NCBI RefSeq assembly: GCF_036387595.1
Contig: NZ_DASVTL010000117.1
Span: forward strand, 18,573 to 82,572
Source: Sphingomonas sp.
GTDB lineage: Bacteria; Pseudomonadota; Alphaproteobacteria; Sphingomonadales; Sphingomonadaceae
DNA length: 64,000 nucleotides
Direction of reading: 5' to 3'
This document shows, piece after piece, positions 8,042 through 18,957 of this stretch (position 1 is the stretch's first letter; each line of letters begins with the position of its first letter). The translations under genes were made by a program, and so were the position numbers. The notes below the pieces were generated by a model. The model was not told where the DNA came from and searched no databases. It saw only the letters and a list, made by a program, of their open reading frames with translations.

Positions 8042-11000
8042 CTAGAAACGCAGCCGCACGTTCGCGGTTACCCGGCGACCAACCGCGTCATACGTCGACG
8101 GGAAGGTGTTGCCGCTGTTGAACGCGGTCGATCCAGCGCCCGCGCCGACCAGTGGCGGCTGCTTGTTGAGCAGGTTCTCCGCCGTGAACGTCAGCGTCAT
8201 GGTCTCGGTCACGCCGAAACGGGTCGTCAGATCGAAATAATGATAGGCGGGGATCGTTCCGAGATTCTGGTTGCCGAAGCCGGTGATCAGACCCGAGTAA
8301 TAGGGTCCGTTGCCGTTCTCAATATCGTCAGGCTCCTGCGTGACGGCATCTAGGTAGCGCCAAAGGAGCGAAACATCGACGTCGCCGATCGTCAGGGTTG
8401 TGCGCTGCGAGAACTGGAACTCGGGCTGAATGGAGCCACAGTTCACGCTGTAGAAGCCTACGCAGTCACGATCGAGCGCGGTCGGCGTAGCCTGGAAGCG
8501 CGAATTGTTGTTCCAGGTTCCGATGAAGCCCAGATTCAGGCCCGCAAAGCCGAGATCACGGCGATAGTTGACCGTGAGATCGACACCATCGTTGTACAGC
8601 TTGCCCAGGTTCGACGAGGCCAGGAACAGGCCAGGCGTCGTCGCAGGGTCACCATCCAGCGCACCGGTTGCCGGGTTGCGCCGGATGATCGTGCAGGCAT
8701 CGGTCGTTTCCGCCCCAGCGGGTGGCGCAAAGACGTTCGCACCGAAGCACGCCGCGATCGCGTCGCCCGGCGTCGGGCTGGAAACGGCGCCCTTCACCTT
8801 GATGTTGAAGTAATCCACTGCGATCGACAGACCCGACACGAAGTCGGGCGTGAACACGCCACCGATCGTGTAGGTGTTGGCGACTTCCGGACGAAGGTTG
8901 ACGTTGCCGCCGCCGGTCGAATTCGCCTGCTGCGCCGTCGGGTCGTTGATCGAGTTGATGTTGCCGACAGTCGCCCCCTGCGCAAGGCAGACCGCGCGAA
9001 GCGTGCCGGTCGGATCGGGGCGGCCGTTGTCCACGCCCGATCCGTCCAGGGTGGCGCACGGATCGATACCCAGGTTGGTCAGACCGGTGCTCACCGGCGC
9101 GAATAGTTCGCCGATGTTGGGTGCCCGAACCGCACGCGTATAGTTGCCGCGGATCTTGAAGCCGTAACCCGGCTCCCACTGACCGCCGACCTTGTAAGTC
9201 GTGGTGTTGAACGTGGGCGAACCAGGCGCATCGACCTTATAGTCGGAGTAGCGGACGCCTGCTTCCAGCGTCAGTTCCTTGAAGAACGGACGGTTCTGGA
9301 TCAGCGGCAGCAAAAGCTCGCCAAACGCTTCATAGACTTCGTAGCCGCCGTCGATGTTCGGTGCAGCGCCACCCGAGCCGCCCAGTTCGCCTGCGGTCTG
9401 TGCCAGCGTGTCCGACCGCTGCTGAGCACGATACTTGCGATACTCGCCACCGACCGCGAAACCCAACACGTCGTCCGCGAACGGCGAAGCGAAGCCGAAG
9501 TTGCCGCTGATCGTGCCACGTGCCTGCGCCAGGGTGGTGCGGACCGTCGTGGTCGATTCACCCGTGATGTAGGGAATCTGGTTCGGCAGGATCGAGCCCT
9601 GCGCACCGAACAGGTTGATGGGGACGCAGCCCGCGCCCGCGCCAATGTCCGCCCCACCCGTCGCGCCGCCGAGGCAAGTCGTGGTGTTCGTGGCATAGAC
9701 GGCAGAACGGAGGCGCGAAGTGAGCGTGTAGCCCTGCAGCGTCTGCTGGTTTTCGCTCTCGCCATAAGCGCCGTTGACATCGAAGTTGATGTTGCTGGTG
9801 ATCGCACCGCGCAGGCCGAGGCGATAATCGAACACCGTGCTGGTGAACTGGCTGATCCGCGGCCCGACTTCGACCGCACGGCGGCTGATGTTGACCGCCG
9901 GGTTGAGGTTCAGGGTCTCGCCCGCCTCGATCGTGCCGTTGCCGTTGACGTCGAAGGGAACGGGGGCGCCGTTGCCCACTGCGCGGAAGTTAGGGTCCGC
10001 CGGCGACGTCGCGGTTGCGGCCGCGTTACATTCCGCCACGGTGAAGCGCGGACGATAGACTGCGGCAGAGGGATTGACGTCGAACGCGCAATATTGCGCG
10101 CGCAGACCGGCCGGCAGATATGGGTTGCTCAGCGGGACGACAAACGACGAGCCGAATGAACCCGAAGGCGCAACGAGGGTGCTCACGGTCTGCTTGGAGA
10201 ACAGGCCACGGGTATAGACCTCAAGACCGTCCGAAACCTCGTACTTCGCCTGACCGAACATGTTGAACCGCTCGAACGGGGTCTGGAAGATGTTGTCCGG
10301 GTTGAAGTTGAACGCCTGGAATGGCGTTACGGCGTTGCCGGTCGCCGGGTTGATCTGACGACCGCCGCCGTTCCCCGTGGCGGGGTTCGTGCTGGGCAGA
10401 CCGGTAGCGGGGTCGATCGGACGGGTGCCCGTGAAGGTCGAGGGAACCGAGGTGCCCGAACCACCGCCAACGGCGCCGGTGAATGTATCGACGTTCAGCA
10501 CCGAGATCTTGCGATCGCCCTGGAAGACCGGATCGACTTCCTGATAGCCGACGCTGAACACGGCGTTGCCGCGGCCGTCGTCGAAATTGGCGCCGATCGT
10601 GACATCGGCGCGCAGGCGGTTGCCGTCACCCTTTTCGCTGATGCCTTCGCTGATGTTGATCTCGGCGCCCGAGAAATCCTGGCGGGTGATGAAGTTGACC
10701 ACGCCGCTGATCGCGTCCGCGCCATAGGTGGTGCTGGCACCACCGGTCAGCACTTCGACGCGCTCGACGAGCGCCAGCGGAATGTTGTTGAGATCGACGA
10801 CACCGGCAAGGTTGCCGGGAACCGGACGGTTGCCGTCGAGCAGCACGATGTTGCGGTTAGTACCCATGCCGCGAAGGTTGACGAACGACTGGCCGCCGTT
10901 GCCGTTGTTGACGGCCGAACCGATGGACGGAACCGCGCCGGGCAGCTCGCGCAGCAGCTCTTCGGCGACGTTCGCTGCCTGCAACTCGACTTCATCGCGA

Positions 11001-11227
11001 CCGATGACCGAAACCGGGCTGGATGACTCCAGGTTCGGGCTGCGAATCAGCGAGCCGGTGACGACGACGTCGGCTGAAGGACTCTCTTCGGCGGCCGAAG
11101 ACGCACCGGTGGTCGACGCGTTCTGCGCGTCCTCGGCAGGCGCTACCTGCGCCGACAGAGGAGTGCCAAGCATGGCGGCACCGGCGAACAGCGTTGACGC
11201 GAGAAGCCGCGAGCGAACAGATTTCAT
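8042..11227 (-). CDS. TonB-dependent receptor (large, about 1060 aa)
   Basis: ORF 8042..11428. ATG at 11227 gives the signal peptide MKSVRSRLLASTLFAGAAMLGTPLSAQ. Plug motifs are VVVTGSLIR and VEVLTGGASTTYGADAISGVVNFI. The C-terminus ends NVRLRF. Confidence 0.9.
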   Translation of the reverse strand: MKSVRSRLLASTLFAGAAMLGTPLSAQVAPAEDAQNASTTGASSAAEESPSADVVVTGSLIRSPNLESSSPVSVIGRDEVELQAANVAEELLRELPGAVPSIGSAVNNGNGGQSFVNLRGMGTNRNIVLLDGNRPVPGNLAGVVDLNNIPLALVERVEVLTGGASTTYGADAISGVVNFITRQDFSGAEINISEGISEKGDGNRLRADVTIGANFDDGRGNAVFSVGYQEVDPVFQGDRKISVLNVDTFTGAVGGGSGTSVPSTFTGTRPIDPATGLPSTNPATGNGGGRQINPATGNAVTPFQAFNFNPDNIFQTPFERFNMFGQAKYEVSDGLEVYTRGLFSKQTVSTLVAPSGSFGSSFVVPLSNPYLPAGLRAQYCAFDVNPSAAVYRPRFTVAECNAAATATSPADPNFRAVGNGAPVPFDVNGNGTIEAGETLNLNPAVNISRRAVEVGPRISQFTSTVFDYRLGLRGAITSNINFDVNGAYGESENQQTLQGYTLTSRLRSAVYATNTTTCLGGATGGADIGAGAGCVPINLFGAQGSILPNQIPYITGESTTTVRTTLAQARGTISGNFGFASPFADDVLGFAVGGEYRKYRAQQRSDTLAQTAGELGGSGGAAPNIDGGYEVYEAFGELLLPLIQNRPFFKELTLEAGVRYSDYKVDAPGSPTFNTTTYKVGGQWEPGYGFKIRGNYTRAVRAPNIGELFAPVSTGLTNLGIDPCATLDGSGVDNGRPDPTGTLRAVCLAQGATVGNINSINDPTAQQANSTGGGNVNLRPEVANTYTIGGVFTPDFVSGLSIAVDYFNIKVKGAVSSPTPGDAIAACFGANVFAPPAGAETTDACTIIRRNPATGALDGDPATTPGLFLASSNLGKLYNDGVDLTVNYRRDLGFAGLNLGFIGTWNNNSRFQATPTALDRDCVGFYSVNCGSIQPEFQFSQRTTLTIGDVDVSLLWRYLDAVTQEPDDIENGNGPYYSGLITGFGNQNLGTIPAYHYFDLTTRFGVTETMTLTFTAENLLNKQPPLVGAGAGSTAFNSGNTFPSTYDAVGRRVTANVRLRF

Positions 11228-11505
11228 TGCAGAACCCCTTGAGTGCCAGCCTGTTAGCCGGTCGGTTTCCCCATTCGAGACGAAGCGAACAACGGCCCGA
11301 TGAACCCCATCTTTACGGAACCTCCATCCCGCTTCGCAATGCACAACGCGACCGTTGGGGCGCAACACGCGGTTTTTGCGACGCGTTGTGGCAAAAGCGT
11401 CACAATCGGTGACGGCTCGGTGCTGCATGCTTGCCGGGCTGGGCGATGGCAGTCAGTAAGGGCCGATGGGGTCCAGCCGCTCGCTGCGCGATATGAGGAA
11501 AACGA

Positions 11506-12015
11506 ATGTACGTTCTGATCGCCATTGCCGGATTTGCGGCTGCGGTGCCTGCCGCAGTTGCTGATTCCGATTCCTCGAAGGCTTTCGACGTCGTGACGGC
11601 CTGCCGCGCGATTACCGAGCCGAGCGAACGGCTCGCGTGTTTCGATCGAACGATCGCCGCATTCGCCGACGCGCGATCGAAGGGCGATGTCGTCGTGGTC
11701 GATCGCGCGCGGGTCGTCGAGCGCAAGCGCGCGCGCTTCGGGCTGGCCATGGAAACCGACGATCTGTTTGGCGGCGGGGCGGAAGATCGGGCCACGGCCG
11801 TGCGACAACTGGATACCACGATCCGCAGCGTTTCGCCGGGGCGGGGCGATTTGTGGACGATGGAATTGGCGAACGGCTCGGTCTGGCGCGCTGTGGAGGC
11901 GTTGCGCTTTCCGCCCAAGCCCGGGCAGACCATCCGGCTGGTCACTGCTCCCCTCGGCGGCTTTCGTGCATCGGTTGGCGGACGCTCGTCGGTGCTGGTC
12001 AAGCGCGTCCGTTGA
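11506..12015 (+). CDS. Secreted hypothetical protein
   Basis: GAGGAA lies upstream of the ATG. The signal-like N-terminus is MYVLIAIAGFAAAVPAAVA. A Cys pair (TACRAITEPSERLACFD) is present. The codon bias is coding-like. Confidence 0.7.
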   Translation: MYVLIAIAGFAAAVPAAVADSDSSKAFDVVTACRAITEPSERLACFDRTIAAFADARSKGDVVVVDRARVVERKRARFGLAMETDDLFGGGAEDRATAVRQLDTTIRSVSPGRGDLWTMELANGSVWRAVEALRFPPKPGQTIRLVTAPLGGFRASVGGRSSVLVKRVR

Positions 12016-12019
12016 CCGC

Positions 12020-12886
12020 CTAAAACGCCGGCATGCCCTCCGCCACCAGCAGCGGATCGAGTTTGGCGCCGAGCCATTGCAGGCTCCAGTGAAGGTGAGG
12101 GCCAGTCGCACGGCCGGTCGCGCCGCTCAGCGCGATGAGCTGCCCGCGGCGCACGTGCTGGCCTGGTGTCACGTCGATCCGCGACAGATGCAGGAAAGCG
12201 CTGTTCAGCCCCATGCCGTGATCGAGCATCAGCAGCCTGCCTTCGAGCGTGAAGGGGCGGTCGGTCGCCAGCGTCACCACGCCGTCGGCGGGCGCGGACA
12301 CCGGCGTACCGGTCGGCACCGCCACGTCGGCACCGGAATGATAGCCGCCCGGCTTCCCTTGGTACACACGCTGCGCGCCGAACAGGCCCGACAAGCGCCC
12401 GATCGCGGGCCATCGTAGTGGTTCGCGCCAGCCTTGCGCATCCGTCGCCACCGCGCGCGCAGCGGTTATCGCGGCGCGTTCTGCCGGGCGCGCTGCTTCG
12501 AATTCGGCATCGGTCTTGCCCGCGCGGTAGGGCGCATCGACCCGTTCGATCCGCCAGGCCCGCGGGGAAATCGCGATGGGCACCGTGTCGCTGCCGCCGG
12601 CATGCGTCTGAACAAGCTGGGCGTTCGCAGCCGCATCGCGATCGAAGCCGAGGATGAACCGCCCGTCTACTGCGATCGGCACCGCATGTCCGTCGATCGT
12701 CAGCGCCGTCACTCCGGGCGATACCTGCCCGCGGACCAGCCCGCCCTGGATCGGCGTACCGGAAAGCCGCGGCGGCAGCGGCACCGGCTTGGTCGGGGGT
12801 GTAATCGCAAATGTGACCGGGGGCGCAGCCGGCGGCATGGGTGCCGCGCACCCCGCCAGCAGCAATGCCGCCGCCATCGCCTTCAT
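12020..12886 (-). CDS. M23-family metallopeptidase, lipoprotein
   Basis: ORF 12020..13201. ATG at 12886 gives the lipobox MKAMAAALLLAGC. M23 motifs are GYHSGADVAVPTGTPVSAPADG and LSGATGRATGPHLHWSL. Confidence 0.9.
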   Translation of the reverse strand: MKAMAAALLLAGCAAPMPPAAPPVTFAITPPTKPVPLPPRLSGTPIQGGLVRGQVSPGVTALTIDGHAVPIAVDGRFILGFDRDAAANAQLVQTHAGGSDTVPIAISPRAWRIERVDAPYRAGKTDAEFEAARPAERAAITAARAVATDAQGWREPLRWPAIGRLSGLFGAQRVYQGKPGGYHSGADVAVPTGTPVSAPADGVVTLATDRPFTLEGRLLMLDHGMGLNSAFLHLSRIDVTPGQHVRRGQLIALSGATGRATGPHLHWSLQWLGAKLDPLLVAEGMPAF

Positions 12887-13083
12887 CTGGGGCTTAGAGC
12901 TTGGCTGGCTATCGCTGCGGAGGCATAGGCTTCCTGCGCCGCCACGTTCCAATAGCGCAGTTCCTCCATCGCGATCCGCGCACCCGATACAGCGCAGATC
13001 ACATGATCGCCCGGACTCAGCACGCGAAAGCCGTTCGCCATATAATGGAGCCGCGCCGGGCGATCGGAATTGGACATCAACAT
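12883..13083 (-). CDS. DUF2093 domain protein
   Basis: ARLHYMANGFRVLSPGDHVICAVSGARIAMEELRYWNVAAQEAYASA matches my memory of the DUF2093 signature. The stop overlaps the M23 start by 4 nt. Confidence 0.75.
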   Translation of the reverse strand: MLMSNSDRPARLHYMANGFRVLSPGDHVICAVSGARIAMEELRYWNVAAQEAYASAAIASQALSPR

Positions 13084-13112
13084 GGGTGATAGCTCGCGTC
13101 AGAACCGAGGCC

Positions 13113-14483
13113 TCACAGCAACGTCGGTTGCTCGCCGGGTGACCGATCATAGGTGCGTGCGGTGCCGCGCTCAACCCGTGCATCCGTGGTCCCGTCGGCA
13201 AAGCGCAGGGTCAGCGCCCCGGCGGTGCGCGCTGCCTCGGCGGTGGAAAGCGTCGCACCGCCGATGCGCGCGGTGACGCGGGCGTAGCCGCGCTCCAGCA
13301 CCCGATCGGGATTGAGCGACCCCGCGAGCCGCCACGCCGCATCCAGCCGCGCGCGGTCGCGCTCCAATTTTCGCATCAGCATCGCCGGCCTGAGTGCGCT
13401 GCCCGCGCGATCGAGCGCCCCGCGCGCGCTCGTCGCCCGCCGCTCCAACCCGCGATCCAGCCGGGCGCCTGCATCGTCGGCACGCTGGCGCTGCGGCCCG
13501 AGCAGCGCGTCGCGCTTGGGCATCAGCCGCGCAAGCCCCTCCAGTCGTTCGCGCCCGCGCTCGATATAACGGCGGGCACAGCGTTCGGTGCGAGTGGCCT
13601 GAGCGGTGATCGTCAGCCGCAGGTCGGCAAGCACCGGCACCGCGATCTCCGCCGCCGCAGTCGGCGTCGGCGCACGCAGGTCGGCGGCGAAATCGCACAA
13701 GGTGGTGTCGGTCTCGTGCCCCACCGCCGAGATGATGGGGATGGTGCATTCTGCGACTGCGCGCACGACGATTTCCTCGTTGAATGCCCACAGATCCTCT
13801 ATCGAACCGCCGCCACGGGCGACGATCACCAGGTCCGGGCGCGGCATCGCACCGTCTTGCGCCAACGAGTCGAAGCCGCGCACGGCGGCCGCGATCTCGG
13901 CCGCGGCGCCTTCGCCCTGCACCTTGACCGGCCACACCAGAACATGCGTCGGACACCGGTCCTCCAGCCGGTGGAGGATATCGCGGATCACCGCGCCGGT
14001 GGGCGAGGTAACGACGCCGATGACCCGCGGCAGAAAGGGCAACCGCTGCTTGGCGGATGCGTCGAACACTCCCTCGGCCGCCAGTTTCGCTTTCAGCTTG
14101 TCGAGCAACGCCATCAGCGCGCCCGCACCCGCCAGTTCCATCCGCTCGATGACGATCTGATATTTCGAGCGGCCGGGATAGGTGGTCAGCTTGCCCGTCG
14201 CGATCACTTCGATGCCGTCCTGCGGCGCGAAGGCCAGTCCACCGGCCTGCCCCTTCCAGATCACGCCGTCGATCACCGCTGCATCGTCCTTGAGGCAGAG
14301 GTAGGCGTGGCCCGACGCAACCCGCTTGTAGCCGGAAATCTCGCCGCGCAGCCTGACATGGCCGAATTCGCCCTCGACCATCCGCTTCAGCCGGCCCGCA
14401 ACCTCGCTCACGCTTTGCGCGGGTGCGTTGTCGCCGGGCACTGCCTCGGCTACCAGCCGGGGATTGTCGAAGGGGGTGGCCAT
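13113..14483 (-). CDS. xseA: Exodeoxyribonuclease VII large subunit
   Basis: [44 protein letters not shown] forms the OB-fold N-terminus, followed by a catalytic core and a coiled-coil tail. Length is 456 aa. Confidence 0.9.
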   Translation of the reverse strand: MATPFDNPRLVAEAVPGDNAPAQSVSEVAGRLKRMVEGEFGHVRLRGEISGYKRVASGHAYLCLKDDAAVIDGVIWKGQAGGLAFAPQDGIEVIATGKLTTYPGRSKYQIVIERMELAGAGALMALLDKLKAKLAAEGVFDASAKQRLPFLPRVIGVVTSPTGAVIRDILHRLEDRCPTHVLVWPVKVQGEGAAAEIAAAVRGFDSLAQDGAMPRPDLVIVARGGGSIEDLWAFNEEIVVRAVAECTIPIISAVGHETDTTLCDFAADLRAPTPTAAAEIAVPVLADLRLTITAQATRTERCARRYIERGRERLEGLARLMPKRDALLGPQRQRADDAGARLDRGLERRATSARGALDRAGSALRPAMLMRKLERDRARLDAAWRLAGSLNPDRVLERGYARVTARIGGATLSTAEAARTAGALTLRFADGTTDARVERGTARTYDRSPGEQPTLL

Positions 14484-15747
14484 GAACGTCCTGCTGATCG
14501 GTGGAGGTGGGCGCGAACATGCGCTGGCGTGGAAGCTCGCCCAGTCGCCCGCGCTCGATACGCTTTACGCGGCGCCGGGCAACCCCGGCATCGCGCATCA
14601 TGCGACGTGCGTCGCGCTGGATGCGACGGACCACGCGACCGTGGTGGCGTTCGCCATGAAGCATGCGGTCCGCCTGGTCGTGATCGGGCCGGAGGCGCCG
14701 CTGGTCGACGGCTTGGCGGATACTCTGCGCGATGCGGGCTTAGCTGTGTTCGGACCGAGTGCGGCGGCGGCGCAGCTGGAGGGGTCGAAGGGCTTCACCA
14801 AGGATCTATGCGCGCGAGCAGGCATCCCCACCGCGGGCTATATACGTTGCAATGACGTCGACACCGCGCATGCCGCGCTCAAGGGCACGTTTGGGCTACC
14901 CGTCGTCGTCAAGGCGGATGGGCTGGCGGCGGGGAAGGGCGTCGTCGTCGCCTTCGACCATGCCACTGCCGCCGCCGCGGTCGATTCGATCTTCGCAGAA
15001 CCGGGCGCGCAGATCGTGATCGAGGAATTTCTGGAGGGCGAAGAGGTGAGTCTTTTCGTGCTCACTGACGGCCAAGCCATCCTGTCCTTCGGATCGGCGC
15101 AGGATCACAAAAGGGTCGGCGAGGGGGACGTTGGCGCGAATACCGGGGGCATGGGCGCCTATAGTCCTGCGACCGTGCTGACGCCCGAACTGGAAGCCCG
15201 CGCGCTCGCCGAGATCGTGCTGCCGACCGTTGCGGCAATGCGCGAGTCGGGTACGCCGTTCTCGGGCGTGCTCTATGCCGGGCTGATGCTTACGCCGCGT
15301 GGCCCGCAGTTGATCGAATATAACGCGCGCTTCGGCGATCCCGAGGCGCAGGTGCTGATGGCGCGTTTTTCGGGTGACCTGCTCCACACGCTGCTGGCCG
15401 TCGCGGAGGAGCGATTGGCGATGCTGCCACCGGTTGCGTTCGACGACGCGGTGGCGCTGACGGTGGTGATGGCGGCCCAGGGCTATCCCGGAACACCTCG
15501 GACGGGCGGGCGCATCGCGGGGCTGGCGGACGCCGAGGCGACCGGCGCGATGGTCTTTCAAGCGGGAACCCGGATGACCGGCGACGGGTTGGTCGCAAGC
15601 GGTGGCAGGGTGCTCGCCGTGACCGCGACCGGCACCGACGTCGCATCGGCGCAGGCCGCGGCGTATCGCGGGGTCGATGCGATCGATTTCGAAACCGGCT
15701 TCTGCCGCCGGGACATCGGCTGGCGTGAAGTGGCGCGAGCAGGCTAG
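14482..15747 (+). CDS. purD: Phosphoribosylamine--glycine ligase
   Basis: Within ORF 14428..15747, ATG at 14482 gives [23 protein letters not shown]. The ATP-grasp core is present throughout. Confidence 0.95.
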   Translation: MNVLLIGGGGREHALAWKLAQSPALDTLYAAPGNPGIAHHATCVALDATDHATVVAFAMKHAVRLVVIGPEAPLVDGLADTLRDAGLAVFGPSAAAAQLEGSKGFTKDLCARAGIPTAGYIRCNDVDTAHAALKGTFGLPVVVKADGLAAGKGVVVAFDHATAAAAVDSIFAEPGAQIVIEEFLEGEEVSLFVLTDGQAILSFGSAQDHKRVGEGDVGANTGGMGAYSPATVLTPELEARALAEIVLPTVAAMRESGTPFSGVLYAGLMLTPRGPQLIEYNARFGDPEAQVLMARFSGDLLHTLLAVAEERLAMLPPVAFDDAVALTVVMAAQGYPGTPRTGGRIAGLADAEATGAMVFQAGTRMTGDGLVASGGRVLAVTATGTDVASAQAAAYRGVDAIDFETGFCRRDIGWREVARAG

Positions 15748-15750
15748 GGT

Positions 15751-16392
15751 ATGGCAATGACCGACGGAACCAGCGCGATCACGGGTATCCACATCGCGCT
15801 TATCGCCGTGCTGGCGGTGCTCGCTATCGTCGCGATGATCTGGGGCGTGCGCCTGAAGGCGAGGCGGGTGCAGGCAAAGAAGGAGGTTGAGGTCCACGCC
15901 GAGGAAGCGGGCGTGGAGATCATCCCCGCTGATGCGCAGGTTCCGCCGGAGCCACTGCCGGTCGCGCCGCTTCCTCCTCCGTTCGCCGATCAACCCACGC
16001 CGGGCATGCCGCGAGCGGTCAGGGCGCACGTCGAAGGCGCCCCCGCTCCCGAGCCGCTCGCCGATGAGCCGATCGCTGCTGCTTCGGCGCCCGAGGGCGT
16101 GCCGGCCACGCTGGCGACCGACGCGGTCGTCGCCGAACCTGCGTTCGATCCGGCCGACGGCCCCGTCACCCAGATCAAGGGACTCGGGCCGCGCGTAGCG
16201 ACGCGGCTCGGCGAACTGGGGATCGACCGGGTCGGACAACTCGCCGCGCTCGATGCCGCCGGTGCGGCAGCGCTCGATGCGCAGATGGGACCGTTTACCG
16301 GGCGAATCACTCGTGATCGCTGGGTCGAACAAGCGCGCCTGTTGGCGTCTGGCGACCGCGAAGGGTTCGAGCGGGTTTTCGGCAAGCTCTGA
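15751..16392 (+). CDS. Membrane-anchored protein with a Pro-rich linker and a C-terminal helix-hairpin-helix-like domain
   Basis: A single N-terminal TM helix (IHIALIAVLAVLAIVAMIWGV), a PPEPLPVAPLPPPF linker, and a C-terminal IKGLGPRVATRLGELGIDRVGQLA motif. Confidence 0.7.
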   Translation: MAMTDGTSAITGIHIALIAVLAVLAIVAMIWGVRLKARRVQAKKEVEVHAEEAGVEIIPADAQVPPEPLPVAPLPPPFADQPTPGMPRAVRAHVEGAPAPEPLADEPIAAASAPEGVPATLATDAVVAEPAFDPADGPVTQIKGLGPRVATRLGELGIDRVGQLAALDAAGAAALDAQMGPFTGRITRDRWVEQARLLASGDREGFERVFGKL

Positions 16393-16440
16393 CGGGATCG
16401 CCAAAGCCACTACTCTCGCCTTGCATCGCAGCAACGAAAC

Positions 16441-18957
16441 GTGGACGCTGACGTCCGCATGACAGGGAACATCGCCATCGCGACGCAGACCGGGCAGATA
16501 CCCCTCTTCGACGCATCAACCCACGCGCGCCGGTGGATCGCCGATTATTGCGTGCGTCGGGTGTCGGGCGACGTGCTGTGCGACAGCGACGATCCGGCCT
16601 GGGCGGCGATGTTCGAAGAACTCGCGGTGGTCGCCTCGGACGATCTCGCCCATGCGCGCGAACGCGTCCAGCGTCATGCCGCGGATATCGGCACCGGCTT
16701 TCGCATCGTTGGTGAGGCGGACGAGCGACCCTGGCCTGTCTCACCCGTGCCGCTGCTGATTGCGGCAGACGAATGGGCGGAGATCGCACGCGGCATCGTC
16801 CAGCGCGCCGAGTTGATGGAGACGGTGATCGCCGATCTCTATGGGGAAGCCAAACTGGTCGAGCGCGGCCTGCTGCCCGCCGCGCTGGTCGCGGGCAGTC
16901 CGCTGTTCCTGCGGCCGATGGTCGGGCTTGCGCCGCCCGGCGGGCGGCATCTGCAATTCGTCGCGATGGACCTGGGACGCGGCCCGACGGGAGAATGGCG
17001 CGTTCTGGCCGACCACCTGCGCGCGCCTGCGGGGGCGGGCTATGCGCTGGAAAACCGGCTGGCGCTCAGTCGCACGCTGGGCGGATTGCAGGCACGATTG
17101 AACGTGCAGCGCCATGCGCCCTTCTTCGCGGCCATGCGCGCCGGGTTGGCGGCGGCATGCCGGCGAACCGACCCGCGCATCGGACTGCTTACGCCCGGCC
17201 GCTTCAATCCCAGCTATCCCGAACAGGCGCATCTGGCGCGCTATCTCGGGCTGCTGCTGGTCGAGGGCGCCGATCTGGCGGCGCTGGAGGACAAGGTGTA
17301 CGTCCGCACCATCGCCGGGCTAAAGCGGATCGACGCGTTGTGGCGGCGGGTCGATCCGCGGATGATCGATCCGCTGGCGTTCGATTCGCATTCGCAGATC
17401 GGCGTGCCTGGGCTAATCGACGCTTATGCCGCGGGCAACGTCGTCATCGCCAACGCGCCCGGCTCGGGCGTGCTGGAGGCGCCCGCATTTTCGGCCTTCC
17501 TGCCGATGATCGCCCGCCGGCTGCTGGGCGAGGATCTGCGCCTGCCCAACATCGCAACCTGGTGGTGTGGACAGCCGCACGAGCGCGCGCGGGTCGAGGA
17601 GGATTTCGAATCGATGATTATCGGCCCGGCATTCGGTGCCGCGCCGCTCGGCCTGCCCGGCGGCGTGGCCGTGCCGGGTGCCGATCTGTCGGCGCCGCTC
17701 CGCCGCCGCCTGCTCGACGATATGACCCGGCGCCCGCAGGATTACGTCGGTCAGGAAATCGTGCGGCTGTCCACCATGCCGGTGGTCAGCGGCGACGCGT
17801 TGGTTGCGCGGCCGTTCACTCTCCGGGTTTTTGCAGCACGGGGTGCGGACGGAGGCTGGACCGTGCTGCCGGGTGGCTTTGCGCGGATCGGCGAGCATGC
17901 CGACGCGCGCGCCGCGGTCATGGGCGAGGGCAATTGGTCCGCCGACGTGTGCGTCCATGGGGCGGATGCAGTGGCGCCCGTCTCGCTCCTCCCCACGACC
18001 GATTCGCTTGCTGTGCGGCGCAATCCCGGAACCTTGCCGAGTCGGGTGGCCGACAATTTCTACTGGCTCGGTCGCTATCTGGAACGCGGTGAGGCGCTGC
18101 TCGGCGCGATCCGGGTGATGCTGGGCAATTCGATCGACGTCGATCGCGGTGCCGCCCTGTCGAGCGAAACGGTGGGGCGGCTCGTCGGTCTCATCACCGG
18201 CGCGGGTGCTGCGCCGCACCCGCCGTCGCTGCATCGCACCGATCTGACCGCCTTGGCGCGCACCGCGATGGAAGACGAGGCCGGGCAATCGGTCGCCACG
18301 ATCAACGCCCATGCGCGTGCGATCGGCGACGGATCGCGCGACCGCCTGTCGGCAGACATGACGCGGCTGCTCGATGCGCCTTTTCCGCGCCACCCCGGCA
18401 TGCTCGATCGCGCAGGGTCGCTCCACCGCCGCTACGCCGCGATCCTGGGGCTGTCCGCCGAACATATGGTGCGCACCGCATCATGGCGTTTCCACGATCT
18501 CGGGCGGCGGATCGAACGCGCGGTCGGGATCGCGCGGGCGGTGCGGGTGTTCGGCATGCCCGGCGCGTCGGCGGACGACCTCTCGACGCTGCTCGATTTG
18601 GTCAATAGTCAGATCAGCTATCGCCAGCGCTATCCAACCGGCATCGCGCGCGTGCCCGTGGTCGATCTGGCGGCGCTCGACCCCGGAAACCCGCGCGCGC
18701 TGGCGTTTCAGATGGAGCGGATCGTCGAGCATCTGGCCGCGTTGCCGGTGCTGGCCGACGACGGCATGGCCGAGGCGCAGCAGGCGCAGGCCAATGCGCT
18801 TGCCGCGCGCGTCGCCAATGCGACCGCGCATGGCTTGGACGCCGATCTGCTGGGCGATGTCGAATGGCGGCTGAGCACCTTGTCAGATGCGATCGCGCGC
18901 CGATATTTCCTCCAGGGCGCCGAACCCCTGCGCGCGCCGGGATTGACACTGGCATGA
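16441..18957 (+). CDS. Fusion protein: circularly permuted type-2 ATP-grasp domain + alpha-E domain (formerly DUF404/DUF407 + DUF403)
   Basis: An 838-aa ORF starting at GTG 16441 (ATG alternative at 16459). The N-terminal ~480 aa and C-terminal ~320 aa (NFYWLGRYLERGE..., SYRQRY...) match my memory of the two families. Confidence 0.8.
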   Translation: MDADVRMTGNIAIATQTGQIPLFDASTHARRWIADYCVRRVSGDVLCDSDDPAWAAMFEELAVVASDDLAHARERVQRHAADIGTGFRIVGEADERPWPVSPVPLLIAADEWAEIARGIVQRAELMETVIADLYGEAKLVERGLLPAALVAGSPLFLRPMVGLAPPGGRHLQFVAMDLGRGPTGEWRVLADHLRAPAGAGYALENRLALSRTLGGLQARLNVQRHAPFFAAMRAGLAAACRRTDPRIGLLTPGRFNPSYPEQAHLARYLGLLLVEGADLAALEDKVYVRTIAGLKRIDALWRRVDPRMIDPLAFDSHSQIGVPGLIDAYAAGNVVIANAPGSGVLEAPAFSAFLPMIARRLLGEDLRLPNIATWWCGQPHERARVEEDFESMIIGPAFGAAPLGLPGGVAVPGADLSAPLRRRLLDDMTRRPQDYVGQEIVRLSTMPVVSGDALVARPFTLRVFAARGADGGWTVLPGGFARIGEHADARAAVMGEGNWSADVCVHGADAVAPVSLLPTTDSLAVRRNPGTLPSRVADNFYWLGRYLERGEALLGAIRVMLGNSIDVDRGAALSSETVGRLVGLITGAGAAPHPPSLHRTDLTALARTAMEDEAGQSVATINAHARAIGDGSRDRLSADMTRLLDAPFPRHPGMLDRAGSLHRRYAAILGLSAEHMVRTASWRFHDLGRRIERAVGIARAVRVFGMPGASADDLSTLLDLVNSQISYRQRYPTGIARVPVVDLAALDPGNPRALAFQMERIVEHLAALPVLADDGMAEAQQAQANALAARVANATAHGLDADLLGDVEWRLSTLSDAIARRYFLQGAEPLRAPGLTLA

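Noticed and set aside
13171-14664. A 497-aa ORF on the minus strand, out of frame with xseA. Similar very long ORFs occur at 11400..12851, 14896..16434, 19843..21333, 21499..22881, 23486..25096, 26622..28925, 31302..32546, 38224..39996 (5' part), 45283..47532, 50775..52496 and 52635..55487.
   Set aside because: Their translations are Arg/Ala/Gly/Pro-rich strings with no recognisable domains. Each lies antisense to, or out of frame with, a gene that has a clear family signature. Long stop-free shadow frames are expected in DNA this GC-rich.
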